DNA of 63,974 bases, filler included, from Octopus bimaculoides (lineage: Eukaryota), in the NCBI RefSeq assembly GCF_001194135.2. It is 8 parts of 8 records of this genome, joined end to end, with 100 filler letters (N's around TTAATTAATTAA, not from the genome) between each part and the next. Parts side by side here need not be neighbours in the genome. Positions count along the whole stretch, not along the records: positions 1 to 19,356 come from NC_068981.1; positions 19,457 to 30,552 come from NC_068995.1; 6 more parts are not named here. One strand, written 5' to 3'. The notes under the pieces were generated by a model. That model worked only from the letters and a program-made list of their open reading frames with translations, was not told the origin of the DNA and searched no databases. The translations under genes were made by a program, and so were the position numbers. This document shows positions 12,348 through 21,166 of this stretch, one piece after another (positions within the stretch are counted from its first letter, which is position 1; each line of letters starts with the position of its first letter).

Positions 12348-15300
12348 TCACACAAAGGGGTTTGTATGATTGTGTATAGAAGAATATATTACTCAAAGGA
12401 ATTCCAACTCTGTCTGTTTTTCACGTTTTATTTATAATCTTATAATATTGATATAAGATATAAAAATAATATAGTAAAAAGAAATGAAATGAAGTATTAA
12501 TTGTCTATTCTTATTGAACAAATGAAATATTAAATGTCTATTCTTATTGAACTCGTATACTTTCTTGCATTTATGCAATCTTCAGGTTCATATGATGGTG
12601 GTAACAGTCGTGGTCATTGGTTTCAACTGTGGTTGACTGGTTAAATTTTGTCCTTTACATACATTCCTGTGGATAGAAGTAGTAGTTGCTTGGCTATTTT
12701 TTTTAGAAATGATGCCATTCCATTTTCAGTGTTTATTTTTAGAAATGATAACAGCAGTACTTTTTAGAGATTTTTATTTTTTAGATATGGGATAAGACTT
12801 TAAAACTTTAAATAAGATTATTTTTTATCATTGTTTATTAAACTTTGGTCTGAATTATAAAGTCCTTTTCTCTCGATTTCATTCGGATTGTATAGTTTAT
12901 GAAATGGAAGTATTATAAATGTTTTCCGGCCACATGTTGCTAGGGGGTTACTCAGCGATATTTGGCGGACTTCTGGATTTTTAATTTGTTGTCAGTGCAC
13001 ACATTTAAGGTTTAACAGTCTTATCCCCATACCTAAAAAATAAAAATTTCTAAAAAGGTACTGCTGTCATGATTTCTAAAAATAAACACTGAAATTGCAG
13101 ATTTCCAATTTATATATATGAGGGAGATGGACGTCATCCCAGCAGTGGCAAATGAAGATACTGGATGCATTTCTGCCTTATTAGGCACTATCAATAATGT
13201 CTATTCATTATCAGCATGCTTAGGTGGAAGCCATCACCACAGATCTTTTATCTGTTTTAGTCATTAAGGCTGGGGCCATGCTGGGGCACTGCCTTGAAGA
13301 GGTTTTAGTTGAATGCATCGACCCCAGTACTTTTTTCTTTTTAAAGCCTGGTACAGGTGCTTTTTATGTGGCACCAGCACAGGTGCTTTTTGACATGGCA
13401 CCAATGGCGTTACCAAATAGCTTGCAAGACAAAGATCTCTCAGCTGAGAGAGGGAATAGAACCGAGGGAAGTGGGTGTGAGCCAGGGGAGAGGTTAGAAT
13501 ATAATACATAGACAGAGACAGTTGTCTTATTATAGAAAGAATATTTTTACCAATTAAAACAAATCTTTTTGCAAATAATTAAGCACCTTCAATTCATTTA
13601 TTTATTCTTATTAAACATTGATGTCTTTGCTTTCTTTGTATTTCCATTTCTTCTAGTCTGAACGCAAATCCTGGTCTGCTGAGAAGAAAGATTTACAGCC
13701 TCCAGCCCTCGGTGATACTCGCAGCCGTCAATGCAATTTACTTCTAGTTGCTGCGCACTTGTTTAACAAACTTGCCACATTATTGGTTCGTTAAAAACTT
13801 TATTATTTTAATTGGTTAAAACTTATCTTTTTTTTAAAGTTGCAATCAGTTAAAAGATAAGAGATCCATTCTAAAGTTGCAGATGATGAAAAACCATGAT
13901 GGTTTGGTGGTCATTTGCTTCGTTATATCCATTGGAAAGCAAGAAATGATAAAGATTTGATTGATCCAAGCTGGCCATATCTAAGCTGGCCATATNNNNN
14001 NNNNNNNNNNNNNNNNNNNNNNNNNNNNNNNNNNNNNNNNNNNNNNNNNNNNNNNNNNNNNNNNNNNNNNNNNNNNNNNNNNNNNNNNNNNNNNNGGCCA
14101 TATCTAAGCTGGCCATGTCTGGCTCAAATATTATGACCACCGCCTTCGTGAAGGCAGAGGCAGAGGTATTGTTTACAGTCATGTTTGTTTGTCCGTGGAA
14201 AAGATATCTCAAGAACCGCTAGATGGATTCGAATGAAACTTTCAGGACTGTTTGGCCTTGTGACTGGCACATACTGATTAGATTTGGGGACCAATCCGGT
14301 ACCAGACAAGGATTCTGGATTATTTTTCCTGTTTTTTTTTTACTTAATTTTTGAGAGCAGTCAGGTTCATTTCAGAGTTTATTTCATTTAAAAAATAATC
14401 TCTGGCTAATCGTTAAGATGACATTGGTATTGCCTTGGTGGAGGTTTGCACTCTCTGAGTGCTCTTGTTCTACCTGTTTTAAGCTCCAACTAACCAGATC
14501 TCTCCTCTCACACCTACATTACAATGTCATTCGAAAAATATACAATCAGATCATCAAAATCTTGAAGCTACAAGATAATCCATGATTAATTCAAAACGAT
14601 GTGGATAAGTATTACATTTGACAGAGTAATCTGTATGCTGCAGAGTTTTAATCACTGTTTTTATTTCAATACTTCTTGAATTTTTGATTTCATCCATTAC
14701 TAATGTTTTCTATTTCAAATTTTAAACCATATTAAAATTTCTGTTGAAGCATATTCTGTTGTGTCTGGGGAGAGTCACTCTTTTAGTGCCTTATAATTTA
14801 ACACACTCACCAGTAAAGTTATTGAAAAGGTTACAAGACGCAATGAAACTTTTAGAAAAATGAATAAGTAAATGAGTGGAAACCTTACAGGTGAGTGTGT
14901 TAAATTATAAGGTTCCAAAAGAGAATGATTCTCCCCAGATACAACAGAATATGCTTCAACACATGAACTCCCTAAAAGAATCTTGCAAACCAAATCTCAA
15001 AATAAAATTTCTGTTGTTTATATAAAAAAAAAATCCAAAATGATATCAACTGAAATGTGTATTTAATGTTTATTTTTTTCTCATTTTCCTTTCTTCCACA
15101 GAAAAGTGCCTATATCGTAGAAGCTTGCCTCTTAAGGTTCATGTTAAAAGTTTGTGATGCTGAATCTTGCCTGTCTGAACAGCCATACATATCAAAATTA
15201 TTAGACACTATGTGGACACTTATGCAGGTTAATGTCATGGCGTTTTGATTGTTTTGTAAACTATTTTATAAACTATAGGCACAGGAGTGACTGTGTGGTT

Positions 15301-15412
15301 CCAGGTTCAGTCCCACTGCGTGGCACCTTGGACAAGTGTCTTCTATTATAGCCTTGGGCTGACCAAAGCCTCGTGAGTGGGTTTGGCAGATGGAAACTGA
15401 AACAAGCCTGTC

Positions 15413-15466
<54 letters not shown>

Positions 15467-18400
15467 CTGTGTTTGTCCCCCTCATCACTTGATAACCAAT
15501 GTTGGTGTGTTTATGTCTCTGTAACTAAGCAGCTTGGCAAAAAGACTGATAGAATAAGTACTAGGCTTACAAAAAATAAGTCCTGGGGTTGATTTGTTCA
15601 ACTAAAGGTGGTGCTCCAGCATGGCTGCAGTCAAATGACTGAAACAAGTAAAGAATAAAAGAAAAGAAAGAATATAGTTGTAGGCATTGCTGTGTGGTAA
15701 AGTAACTTGCTTCCCAACCACTTCATTCCATATCTGCCCAGTCTATTTAGCTGTAAATGAGGGCCAACTTAGTGCTACAGCCCTCTCTCAATCCATCATG
15801 TTTTCCATGCTAGCATGGGTTAAACAGGGAGATATTTGGGGACAGGATTTAACAGCCAAATGCTTTTCCTGTCACCAACCTTCACCTGTTTNNNNNNNNN
15901 NNNNNNNNNNNNNNNNNNNNNNNNNNNNNNNNNNNNNNNNNNNNNNNNNNNNNNNNNNNNNNNNNNNNNNNNNNNNNNNNNNNNNNNNNNNNNNNNNNNN
16001 NNNNNNNNNNNNNNNNNNNNNNNNNNNNNNNNNNNNNNNNNNNNNNNNNNNNNNNNNNNNNNNNNNNNNNNNNNNNNNNNNNNNNNNNNNNNNNNNNNNN
16101 NNNNNNNNNNNNNNNNNNNNNNNNNNNNNNNNNNNNNNNNNNNNNNNCAAATATAACAAAGAATTTAGTGAAATAACTTAGTTATCATTTAGTTAGTGTT
16201 AGGAACAAAAATTGTGACTAAGGTTTGGTGGAAGATTTTAATTCAAAACTTATGAAAACAAGACATTTGTACTACAGAGCCAGAGCTGGTTTCAGCTGGG
16301 TTGGTATCAAAAGGGTTAAGAATTGTTTCTTTATTACATATTTTAACCCTTTCGTTACTGTACTTATTTTGAGATGCTTTGTGTTTCTTTCAATTAATTT
16401 TAAAAATAACAAAGAATTTAGTAAAATAACTTAGTTATCATTCAGCTAGTGTTAGGAACATAAATTGTGACTAAGGTTTGGTGGAAGATTTTAATTCAGA
16501 ACTTATGAAAACAAAACATTTGTACTTCAGAGCCAGAGACAGTTTCAGCTGGGTTGGAAATCGAAAGGGTTAAAAGACAGTAGACAACAAGGACAGTGGT
16601 ACTTAATGCTATTTATGTTAATTTCTCCCATTCTTCCTTCTCCTATAAGTTTAGTGTTTTATGCTATAATCAATATTGATTGACTTTTGTTATAATTTCT
16701 TTTTTTTCTTTCCTAATATTGATTCCATTCTGTCACAATCAATTAGTTTGAGTCATACCTTATTGATCTGAGAAAAACAATGGGTAATGTCAGCTGTTGC
16801 TGGACTTGAATTCAAAAGTGCAGGAATGGCTGTTTGCTTAAGAAGATTGCTTCACACCTACACTGACTTAGGTTCCATCTCATTGCATGGCACCTTGGCT
16901 TTGTGTCTTCTACTGTAAGAGTGGCTCTCAACGGGGTGGGTGGGGTGCATGTAAGACTTTTCTGTTAAAATTTATGTACAATAAAATGGTTATACTTCCA
17001 CAATGCTCAAAATCATCATCATCATCATTTCATTTAACGTCCGCTTTCCATGCTGGCATGGGTTGGGCAGTTTGACTGAGAATTGGGAAGCCAGGGAGCT
17101 GTGCCAGATCCGATCTGATTTAGCAAGGTTTCTACGAATGGATACACTTCCTAACGCCAACCACTCCGAGAGTGTATTGGGTGCTTTTTATGTGCCACCA
17201 GCATCGGCCATGACTATGGTCTCACTTGGCTTAACAGGTCTACACAAGCACGGTATATTGCCAAAGGTCTTGGTCACCTGTCACTGCCTTCATGAGGCCC
17301 AACGCATGAACGGTGCTTTCTATGTGCCACCAGCACAGACAATTTATTTTACAAATCCTAATAATATTTAGTTATAAAAATGCAGTTGGATTTTTTTTAT
17401 ATATACATCGAATGTCTCTGAGGGTCCACCCAAGTAAAATAGGAACCAAGGTGAAAAAGGGTTGGGAACCACTGGGCTATACCCTTGGGTTAACCAATAC
17501 TGTGTGTAATTTGGTTGATGGAAACTACACAGAAGGCACAGGAGTAGCTGTGTGGTAAGAAGCTTGCTTCCCAACCACATTGTTCCAAGTTCAGCCCCAC
17601 TGGCTGGCACCTTGGGCAAGTATCTTTACTGTAGCCTTGGGCCAACCAAAGCCTTGTGAGTGGATTCAGTAGACGGAAACTGAAAGAAGCCTGTCATATA
17701 CATTTACACTTATATATATATGTATATGTTTGTGTGTCTGTGTTTACGTCCCTGTAACTTAGTGGTTCGGCAAAGAGACTAATAGAATAAATACTAGGCT
17801 TACAAAGAATAAGTCCTGGGATCTATCTGCTCGACTAAAGGTGGTGCTCCAGCATGGCCACAGTCAAATGATTGAAACAAGTAAAAGAGTAATCCTCCAA
17901 AAGTTTCTGTTCTAAGCTGCAGTTTGCCGTGTCCAATCACCTCTTGTAATATTGAGCCTCTCACTTCTACCCTGATCTCTTGTACCACCAAGCAATGGTG
18001 AGTAGAGTGTTTGTCTCAGCAATCGAGTTTCTCCTACTTCTTCGAAGTTCCATCATCATTAAAGTCTGCTCTCCATGCTGGTATGGGTTGGACAGTTTGA
18101 CGGGATCCGATTGGCCAAAGGATTCTACCAAGCTCCAATGTCTGCTCTGGCACGGTTTCTGCAACTGGACACTGTCCTTGGCACCAGCCACTGGGTGCAC
18201 TTTTTGTGGTACCAGCACAAGTGAGGTCACCGAGTAACTTGCAGCACAAGACCCCTTAACTGAGTTGGGGTTTAGTATTAAAGGGGGTGAAAGTATGATA
18301 GAGGGATAAGAACAGGAGACTTGCTGAAGAAGATACATGGCTTCCCCAGCTGGAAAGAGAAAGATGACCCTCAGGGTACAGGTTGAATATGAGAGAGAGA

Positions 18401-19021
18401 GAGAGAGAGAGACCATGGGGATAAAGATACAGAAAAAATGGATGGGTAGGTTTACAAAAGGGTGAAAAGCATGTGACAGATGATTAGAGATGGATGCAGT
18501 GAATAGGGTACATGGGTGGAGGCATGGTCAGTGGAGAAGGGAAGGAAACAGGAGTGGGTCAGGGAGGAGAAGGTGTTAAGTGACAATAATAGGGAATCGA
18601 CTTCAAGGACAAGGGAACAGAAGACACCATTGACCTGAGTGAGTAGCGCCATAGGTGAGTTGTGGGAGAAGACTTAATTGGTTTCATTGCGCCAAATCCC
18701 TTCTAAATTAGGGAGCCTGGCTTTTTCTTGTACAGTGTTGGTCCTGACCCTGTCTTTTAACATAATATCTACGATCTGACCTCATCATGCTATCTCCATA
18801 TCTTGTTTGTCTGTTCATAAAGGTGATATTTGTTTCAATGAGAGGTACTTATATGAAAAGCCAGTACTGTTTCTGTTTGCCATTCCAAGATTTAAAAAAT
18901 GAAAATGTATTTCTGTCCTTCATTTCAGGATTTTGAATTAAAAGCTTGTCTTGAAAATCTAATCATCACACTATTAACAGCTTATCGTTTTTCTCCAATA
19001 ACTGCCGACTTCAAATACCCA
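693..19021 (+). CDS. RNF123: RNF123/KPC1-like E3 ubiquitin ligase, partial multi-exon gene (10 coding exons, SPRY domain and downstream region; 5' and 3' exons absent)
   Basis: Ten exons splice in frame to 983 nt with no stop. Translation includes [90 protein letters not shown] and YRFSPI, which follows the vertebrate RNF123 sequence as recalled ([81 protein letters not shown]). Confidence 0.93.
1225..1641 (+). mobile_element. tRNA-derived SINE family A (CORE-like middle, internal (TA)n(TG)n), full length
   Basis: Head GGCGCAGGAGTGGCTGTGTGGTAAG..GGTTCAGTCCC, GGCACCTTGGGCAAGTG motif, tail CAGCATGGCCGCAG..TGACTGAAACAAGTAAAAGA; more than 14 copies in the window. Confidence 0.9.
1745..2009. mobile_element. 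hAT (Charlie-type) MITE nested in a SINE A head
   Basis: TIRs (T)AGTGGTTCCCAAACT and AGTTTGGGAACTACTG; the SINE head at 1645-1744 stops at the insertion. TSD is degenerate. Confidence 0.72.
3095..3310 (-). mobile_element. tRNA-derived SINE family C (V-SINE-like), partial
   Basis: Reverse complement of the head seen at 55004 (TGGCTTAGTGGTTAGGG...GGTTTCAATTCC...TTGAGCAACACACTTCATTTCAC..CCAGTCCACTCAGCTG). Confidence 0.7.
3480..3700 (+). mobile_element. SINE family B (GGTTGGCATTAGGAAGGGCATCCAG motif, (GAT)n tail)
   Basis: Shared motif and GATGATGAT tail with copies at 5680, 7355, 17010, 18040 and 19100; the motif resembles the MetaSINE domain as recalled. Confidence 0.75.
3815..3869 (+). CDS. 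RNF123: RNF123 coding exon B ([18 protein letters not shown])
   Basis: CAG acceptor 3812-3814, GTAATA donor 3870; phase 1 end joins GT of the next exon to give Gly. Confidence 0.92.
4490..4856 (-). mobile_element. SINE family A, near full length
   Basis: Reverse complement of the 1225 copy, with an internal (CA)n/(TA)n. Confidence 0.9.
5680..5880 (+). mobile_element. SINE family B, 3' part
   Basis: GGTTGGCGTTAGGAAGGGCATCCAGCTGTAGAAAC...GGACGTTAAACAATGATGATGA. Confidence 0.85.
5908..6205 (-). mobile_element. SINE with family C-type tRNA head and a distinct 3' part
   Basis: Head homology (CCAGCTGAGTGGACTGGAGC...GAACTCG); the segment GTGGCTGAGCACTCCAC..GTACCCT recurs near 27699 and 29766. Confidence 0.6.
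6630..6715 (+). CDS. RNF123: RNF123 coding exon C ([29 protein letters not shown]), ends at a GC donor
   Basis: TTTCAG acceptor; SPRY core motif; donor GAG|GCAAGT at 6716 is the only in-frame option. Confidence 0.92.
6716..6917 (+). other. GC-AG intron (202 nt) in RNF123
   Basis: AG|GCAAGT ... TACAG. The GT at 6720 would shift the frame. Confidence 0.88.
6918..7004 (+). CDS. RNF123: RNF123 coding exon D ([29 protein letters not shown])
   Basis: TACAG acceptor, GTGTGT donor 7005; SPRY G.GD...SYAYDG motif. Confidence 0.95.
7117..7340 (+). mobile_element. tRNA-derived SINE family D (GTCGACTTTGCCTTTCATCCTTTCGGGGTCGATAAA motif), CpG-decayed copy
   Basis: Homologous to copies at 28817, 32235, 42585, 42836 and 43685. 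Confidence 0.82.
7355..7670 (+). mobile_element. SINE family B with three internal GGTGGCAC-GTAAAAAG subrepeats
   Basis: Subrepeat starts at 7361, 7427 and 7473, then the family B core and (GAT)n tail. Confidence 0.85.
7810..8196 (-). mobile_element. SINE family A
   Basis: Reverse-complement homology over head, microsatellite and tail. Confidence 0.88.
8351..8418 (+). CDS. RNF123: RNF123 coding exon E ([22 protein letters not shown])
   Basis: Pyrimidine tract plus CAG, GTATGT donor 8419; SPRY W..GDVI.C.ID motif; phase 2 end. Confidence 0.95.
9158..9283 (+). CDS. RNF123: RNF123 coding exon F ([41 protein letters not shown]), ends at a U12 donor
   Basis: TTCAG acceptor; SPRY NG..LG.AF and YFPAVSL motifs; followed by ATATCCTTT. 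Confidence 0.93.
9908..10372 (+). mobile_element. SINE family A with a tandem duplicated head
   Basis: Head at about 9908-10010 immediately followed by a second head and a full body. Confidence 0.88.
10421..10742. mobile_element. hAT (Charlie-type) MITE
   Basis: TIRs CAATGATTCTCAAC and GTTGAGAACTACTG; left 8-bp flank ATCTAGAT fits the Charlie NTCTAGAN preference, right flank ATCTTAGT. Confidence 0.75.
10821..11135. repeat. Minisatellite with alternating 31/42-bp units (73-bp higher-order repeat), derived from a SINE segment
   Basis: G(G/A)GCCTC cores at 10827, 10858, 10900, 10931, 10973, 11004, 11046 and 11086; the end is the reverse complement of the single-copy segment at about 17240-17305. 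Confidence 0.9.
11323..11437 (+). CDS. RNF123: RNF123 coding exon G ([38 protein letters not shown])
   Basis: GY.PLQDPP motif; U12 branch site TTCCTTGAC upstream; GTAAGT donor 11438. The start is inferred from frame. Confidence 0.88.
11815..11990 (+). mobile_element. SINE family C (V-SINE-like), decayed
   Basis: tRNA-like head plus GTGTCCTTGAGCAAAACACTTCATTTCAC..CCAGTCCACTCA. Confidence 0.7.
12721..13096. mobile_element. MITE-like element with about 90-bp terminal inverted repeats
   Basis: 12721-12811 is the near reverse complement of 13005-13096 (CAGTGTTTATTTTTAGAAAT.. and ..ATTTCTAAAAATAAACACTG). Confidence 0.85.
13657..13785 (+). CDS. RNF123: RNF123 coding exon H ([43 protein letters not shown])
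   Basis: Long pyrimidine tract plus TAG, GT donor 13786, phase 0/0; [16 protein letters not shown] resembles recalled VLLTLAHIFHHFAPLL. Confidence 0.82.
13968..14117. repeat. 15-bp minisatellite (ATCTAAGCTGGCCAT)n spanning an N gap
   Basis: Two units left and two units right of the gap. Confidence 0.85.
14131..14469 (+). mobile_element. Helentron-associated non-autonomous element (HINE/DINE-1 type), complete
   Basis: 5' hairpin ACCACCGCCTTCGTGAAGGC..AGAGGT, 3' subterminal repeat CCTTGGTGGAGGT (14433-14445), perfect 3' stem-loop GCACTC-TCT-GAGTGC (14448-14462), T-rich ends. Confidence 0.75.
15102..15227 (+). CDS. RNF123: RNF123 coding exon I ([42 protein letters not shown])
   Basis: Pyrimidine tract plus CAG, GT donor 15228, phase 0/0; YIVEA and LLD.MW.LM match recalled YLVEA and VLDLLWLFME. 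Confidence 0.88.
15278..15660 (+). mobile_element. SINE family A (small deletion in head)
   Basis: Family homology and internal (TA)n(TG)n. Confidence 0.88.
16148..16315. mobile_element. piggyBac-type MITE, copy 1 (left end in gap)
   Basis: Ends AAAAGGG followed by TTAA; homologous to 16347-16569. Confidence 0.78.
16347..16569. mobile_element. piggyBac-type MITE, complete (223 bp)
   Basis: TTAA-CCCTTTCG ... CGAAAGGG-TTAA, i.e. TTAA TSD and CCC/GGG termini. Confidence 0.88.
17010..17345 (-). mobile_element. SINE family B
   Basis: (CAT)n tail at left, CTTCCTAACGCCAACC core. Confidence 0.85.
17536..17888 (+). mobile_element. SINE family A
   Basis: Family homology. Confidence 0.88.
18040..18300 (-). 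mobile_element. SINE family B, decayed
   Basis: CATCATCAT tail and CATGCTGGTATGGGTTGGACAG; segment shared with about 8790-8960. Confidence 0.65.
18929..19021 (+). CDS. RNF123: RNF123 coding exon J ([31 protein letters not shown])
   Basis: TTTCAG acceptor, GTAAGT donor 19022; matches recalled [25 protein letters not shown]. Confidence 0.92.
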
Positions 19022-19099
19022 GTAAGTTGTTTGTCGTTTTTTATTCCATTATTCTCAAAGAGTTTTAGATTTTGCAGATTATGCCAGGCTTATATATTC

Positions 19100-19356
19100 C
19101 TATTCATCATCATCATCATCATCATCGTTTAACGTCCGCTTTCCATGCTAGCATGGGTTGGACGATTTGACTGAGGACTGGTGAAACCGGATGGCAACAC
19201 CAGGCTCCAGTCCGATTTGGCAGAGTTTCTACAGCTGGATGCCCTTCCTAACGCCAACCACTCAGAGAGTGTAGTGGGTGCTTTTACGTGTCACCCGCAC
19301 GAAAACGGCCACGCTCGAAATGGTGTCTTTTATGTGCCACCCGCACAAGCCAGTCC
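19100..19356 (-). mobile_element. SINE family B, young copy truncated by the gap
   Basis: (CAT)n-CGTTTAACGTCCGCTTTCCATGCTAGCATGGG...CTTCCTAACGCCAACC; near-identical to the reverse complement of 5680-5880. Confidence 0.88.
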
Positions 19357-19456
19357 NNNNNNNNNNNNNNNNNNNNNNNNNNNNNNNNNNNNNNNNNNNN
19401 TTAATTAATTAANNNNNNNNNNNNNNNNNNNNNNNNNNNNNNNNNNNNNNNNNNNN
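19357..19456. other. Artificial assembly join N44-TTAATTAATTAA-N44 (1 of 7)
   Basis: Identical 100-nt structure also at 30553-30652, 46105-46204, 51324-51423, 59790-59889, 61461-61560 and 62738-62837. Confidence 0.95.
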
Positions 19457-19463
19457 TCCGTCC

Positions 19464-19501
<38 letters not shown>

Positions 19502-19836
19502 TTGCCTGTCTCTCTCCCTCCTCCTCTCTCTCTCCCTCCTCCTCTCTCTCTCCCTCCTCCTCTCTCTCTCCCTCCTCCTCTCTCTCTCACACGCACTCAC
19601 TGATACTTACATACATATGAATACGTCTGGGTTTGAGCTGCATGTGTGTGCGTGCGTGTGTGCGTGAAGGTGTGTGTGCACGTGTGCTTGTTTTGCCACC
19701 TCTCTCTCTCTCTCTCTCTCTATGTATGTATGTATGTATGTATGTATGTATGTATGTATCTATCTATCTATCTATCCACACACACACGCATTCGCGCGCA
19801 CAGATACATTCATTGTAATGCACATAGCACGCACAC

Positions 19837-19902
<66 letters not shown>

Positions 19903-19925
19903 CTACATATATATATATATATACA
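19457..19925. repeat. Compound microsatellite cluster (TCTG, CT/CCT, TATG, TCTA, CA, TA)
   Basis: Direct reading. Confidence 0.95.
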
Positions 19926-20095
19926 TACGATGGGCTTCTCTCAGTTTCCGTCTAGCTAATCCAGTCATAAGGCTTTGGTCGGCCCGAGGCTATAATAGCA
20001 GAAATAATTGCCCAAGATGCCACACAGTGGGACTGAAACCGGAACCATGTCGTTGTGAAACAAGCTTCTCACCACACAATAGCACCTGCGTCTAT
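19921..20095 (-). mobile_element. SINE family A, head half only, abutting a microsatellite
   Basis: Reverse complement of the head up to the internal (TA)n. Confidence 0.8.
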
Positions 20096-20624
20096 ATGTT
20101 ATTTTTCTTATATATATATATTTTTAACTTTCACTTTCGCTTTCACCTTATCTAGTTTCAGCTCATGAGCTGTGGCCATGCTGGGGCACCGCCATTATAT
20201 GCTGGGCTGTTATGAAGGTCGGATCGTTTATGACTGAGCAGACTTATGATCACAGACACTCCAGCCGTGACCATCCTATCTATTTACCACGATTCAATAC
20301 AAGCAGGATCACATTACTGAAGGTGTCTTCCCTTTTATAAAGATGTTAGTGCATTATCTGAGGGATATTTTGCAGCGCTTTTTTCAAAGTCGAGTGTCTT
20401 TGCATTTATCTATTTATTTATTTGTTGGCTTATTTGTTTGTTTATTTGTTAATTTATTTATTTGTTGATTTATTTGTTTCATTTTGACAGTTTCTGAGAA
20501 ATTTGTAAATGGACGGCAGACTCGCTTTAAACTGAATGTGGTCTAAGGGAGGTTACTCTGCATTAGATTGCTATGATTCCCGCGTCGCTGAGCATAAGAG
20601 CTTGGAAATCAGTGCACGTAAGCA

Positions 20625-20677
<53 letters not shown>

Positions 20678-20701
20678 NNNNNNNNNNNNNNNNNNNNNNN
20701 N

Positions 20702-20766
<65 letters not shown>

Positions 20767-20777
20767 GTAGGTAGGTA

Positions 20778-20905
20778 GTCCACTCAGCTGGCAAAAATGA
20801 GAAACGCTGCGATGGACTGGCGTCCCATCCAGCTGGGGGGAACACATACGCCATTGAAACCGGGAAACTCGTCCCATGAGCTTGGCTAGGCTTTAAAAAG
20901 GCGCA
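20778..20905 (+). mobile_element. SINE family C 3' part (V-domain-like)
   Basis: GTCCACTCAGCTGGCAAAAATGAG..CTGCGATGGACTGGCGTCCCATCCAG resembles the V-SINE domain as recalled. Confidence 0.65.
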
Positions 20906-20989
20906 TTTATTTTTTTCTGGTATTCGAGTACTATTTTTTCCACCTCGTTTCGCATTTATGTGCTTACTTTGGTATACTCCCTTTTTTAA

Positions 20990-21166
20990 AAATTTGTTTC
21001 AGTCCATGCTGGAGCACCACCTTTAGTCGAGCAAATCGACCCCAAAACTTATTCTTTGTAAACCTAGTACTTATTCTATCGGTCTCTTTTGCCGAACCGC
21101 CAAGTTACGGGGACGTAAACACACCAGCATCGGTTGTCAAGCGATGTTGCGGGGACAAACACAGGC
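20990..21166 (-). mobile_element. SINE family A, tail half
   Basis: CATGCTGGAGCACCACCTTTAGTCGAGCAAATCGACCCC... Confidence 0.85.

Noticed and set aside
19401-19412. Palindromic TTAATTAATTAA as a biological motif
   Set aside because: Always centred in exactly 44+44 N, so it is an assembly linker.
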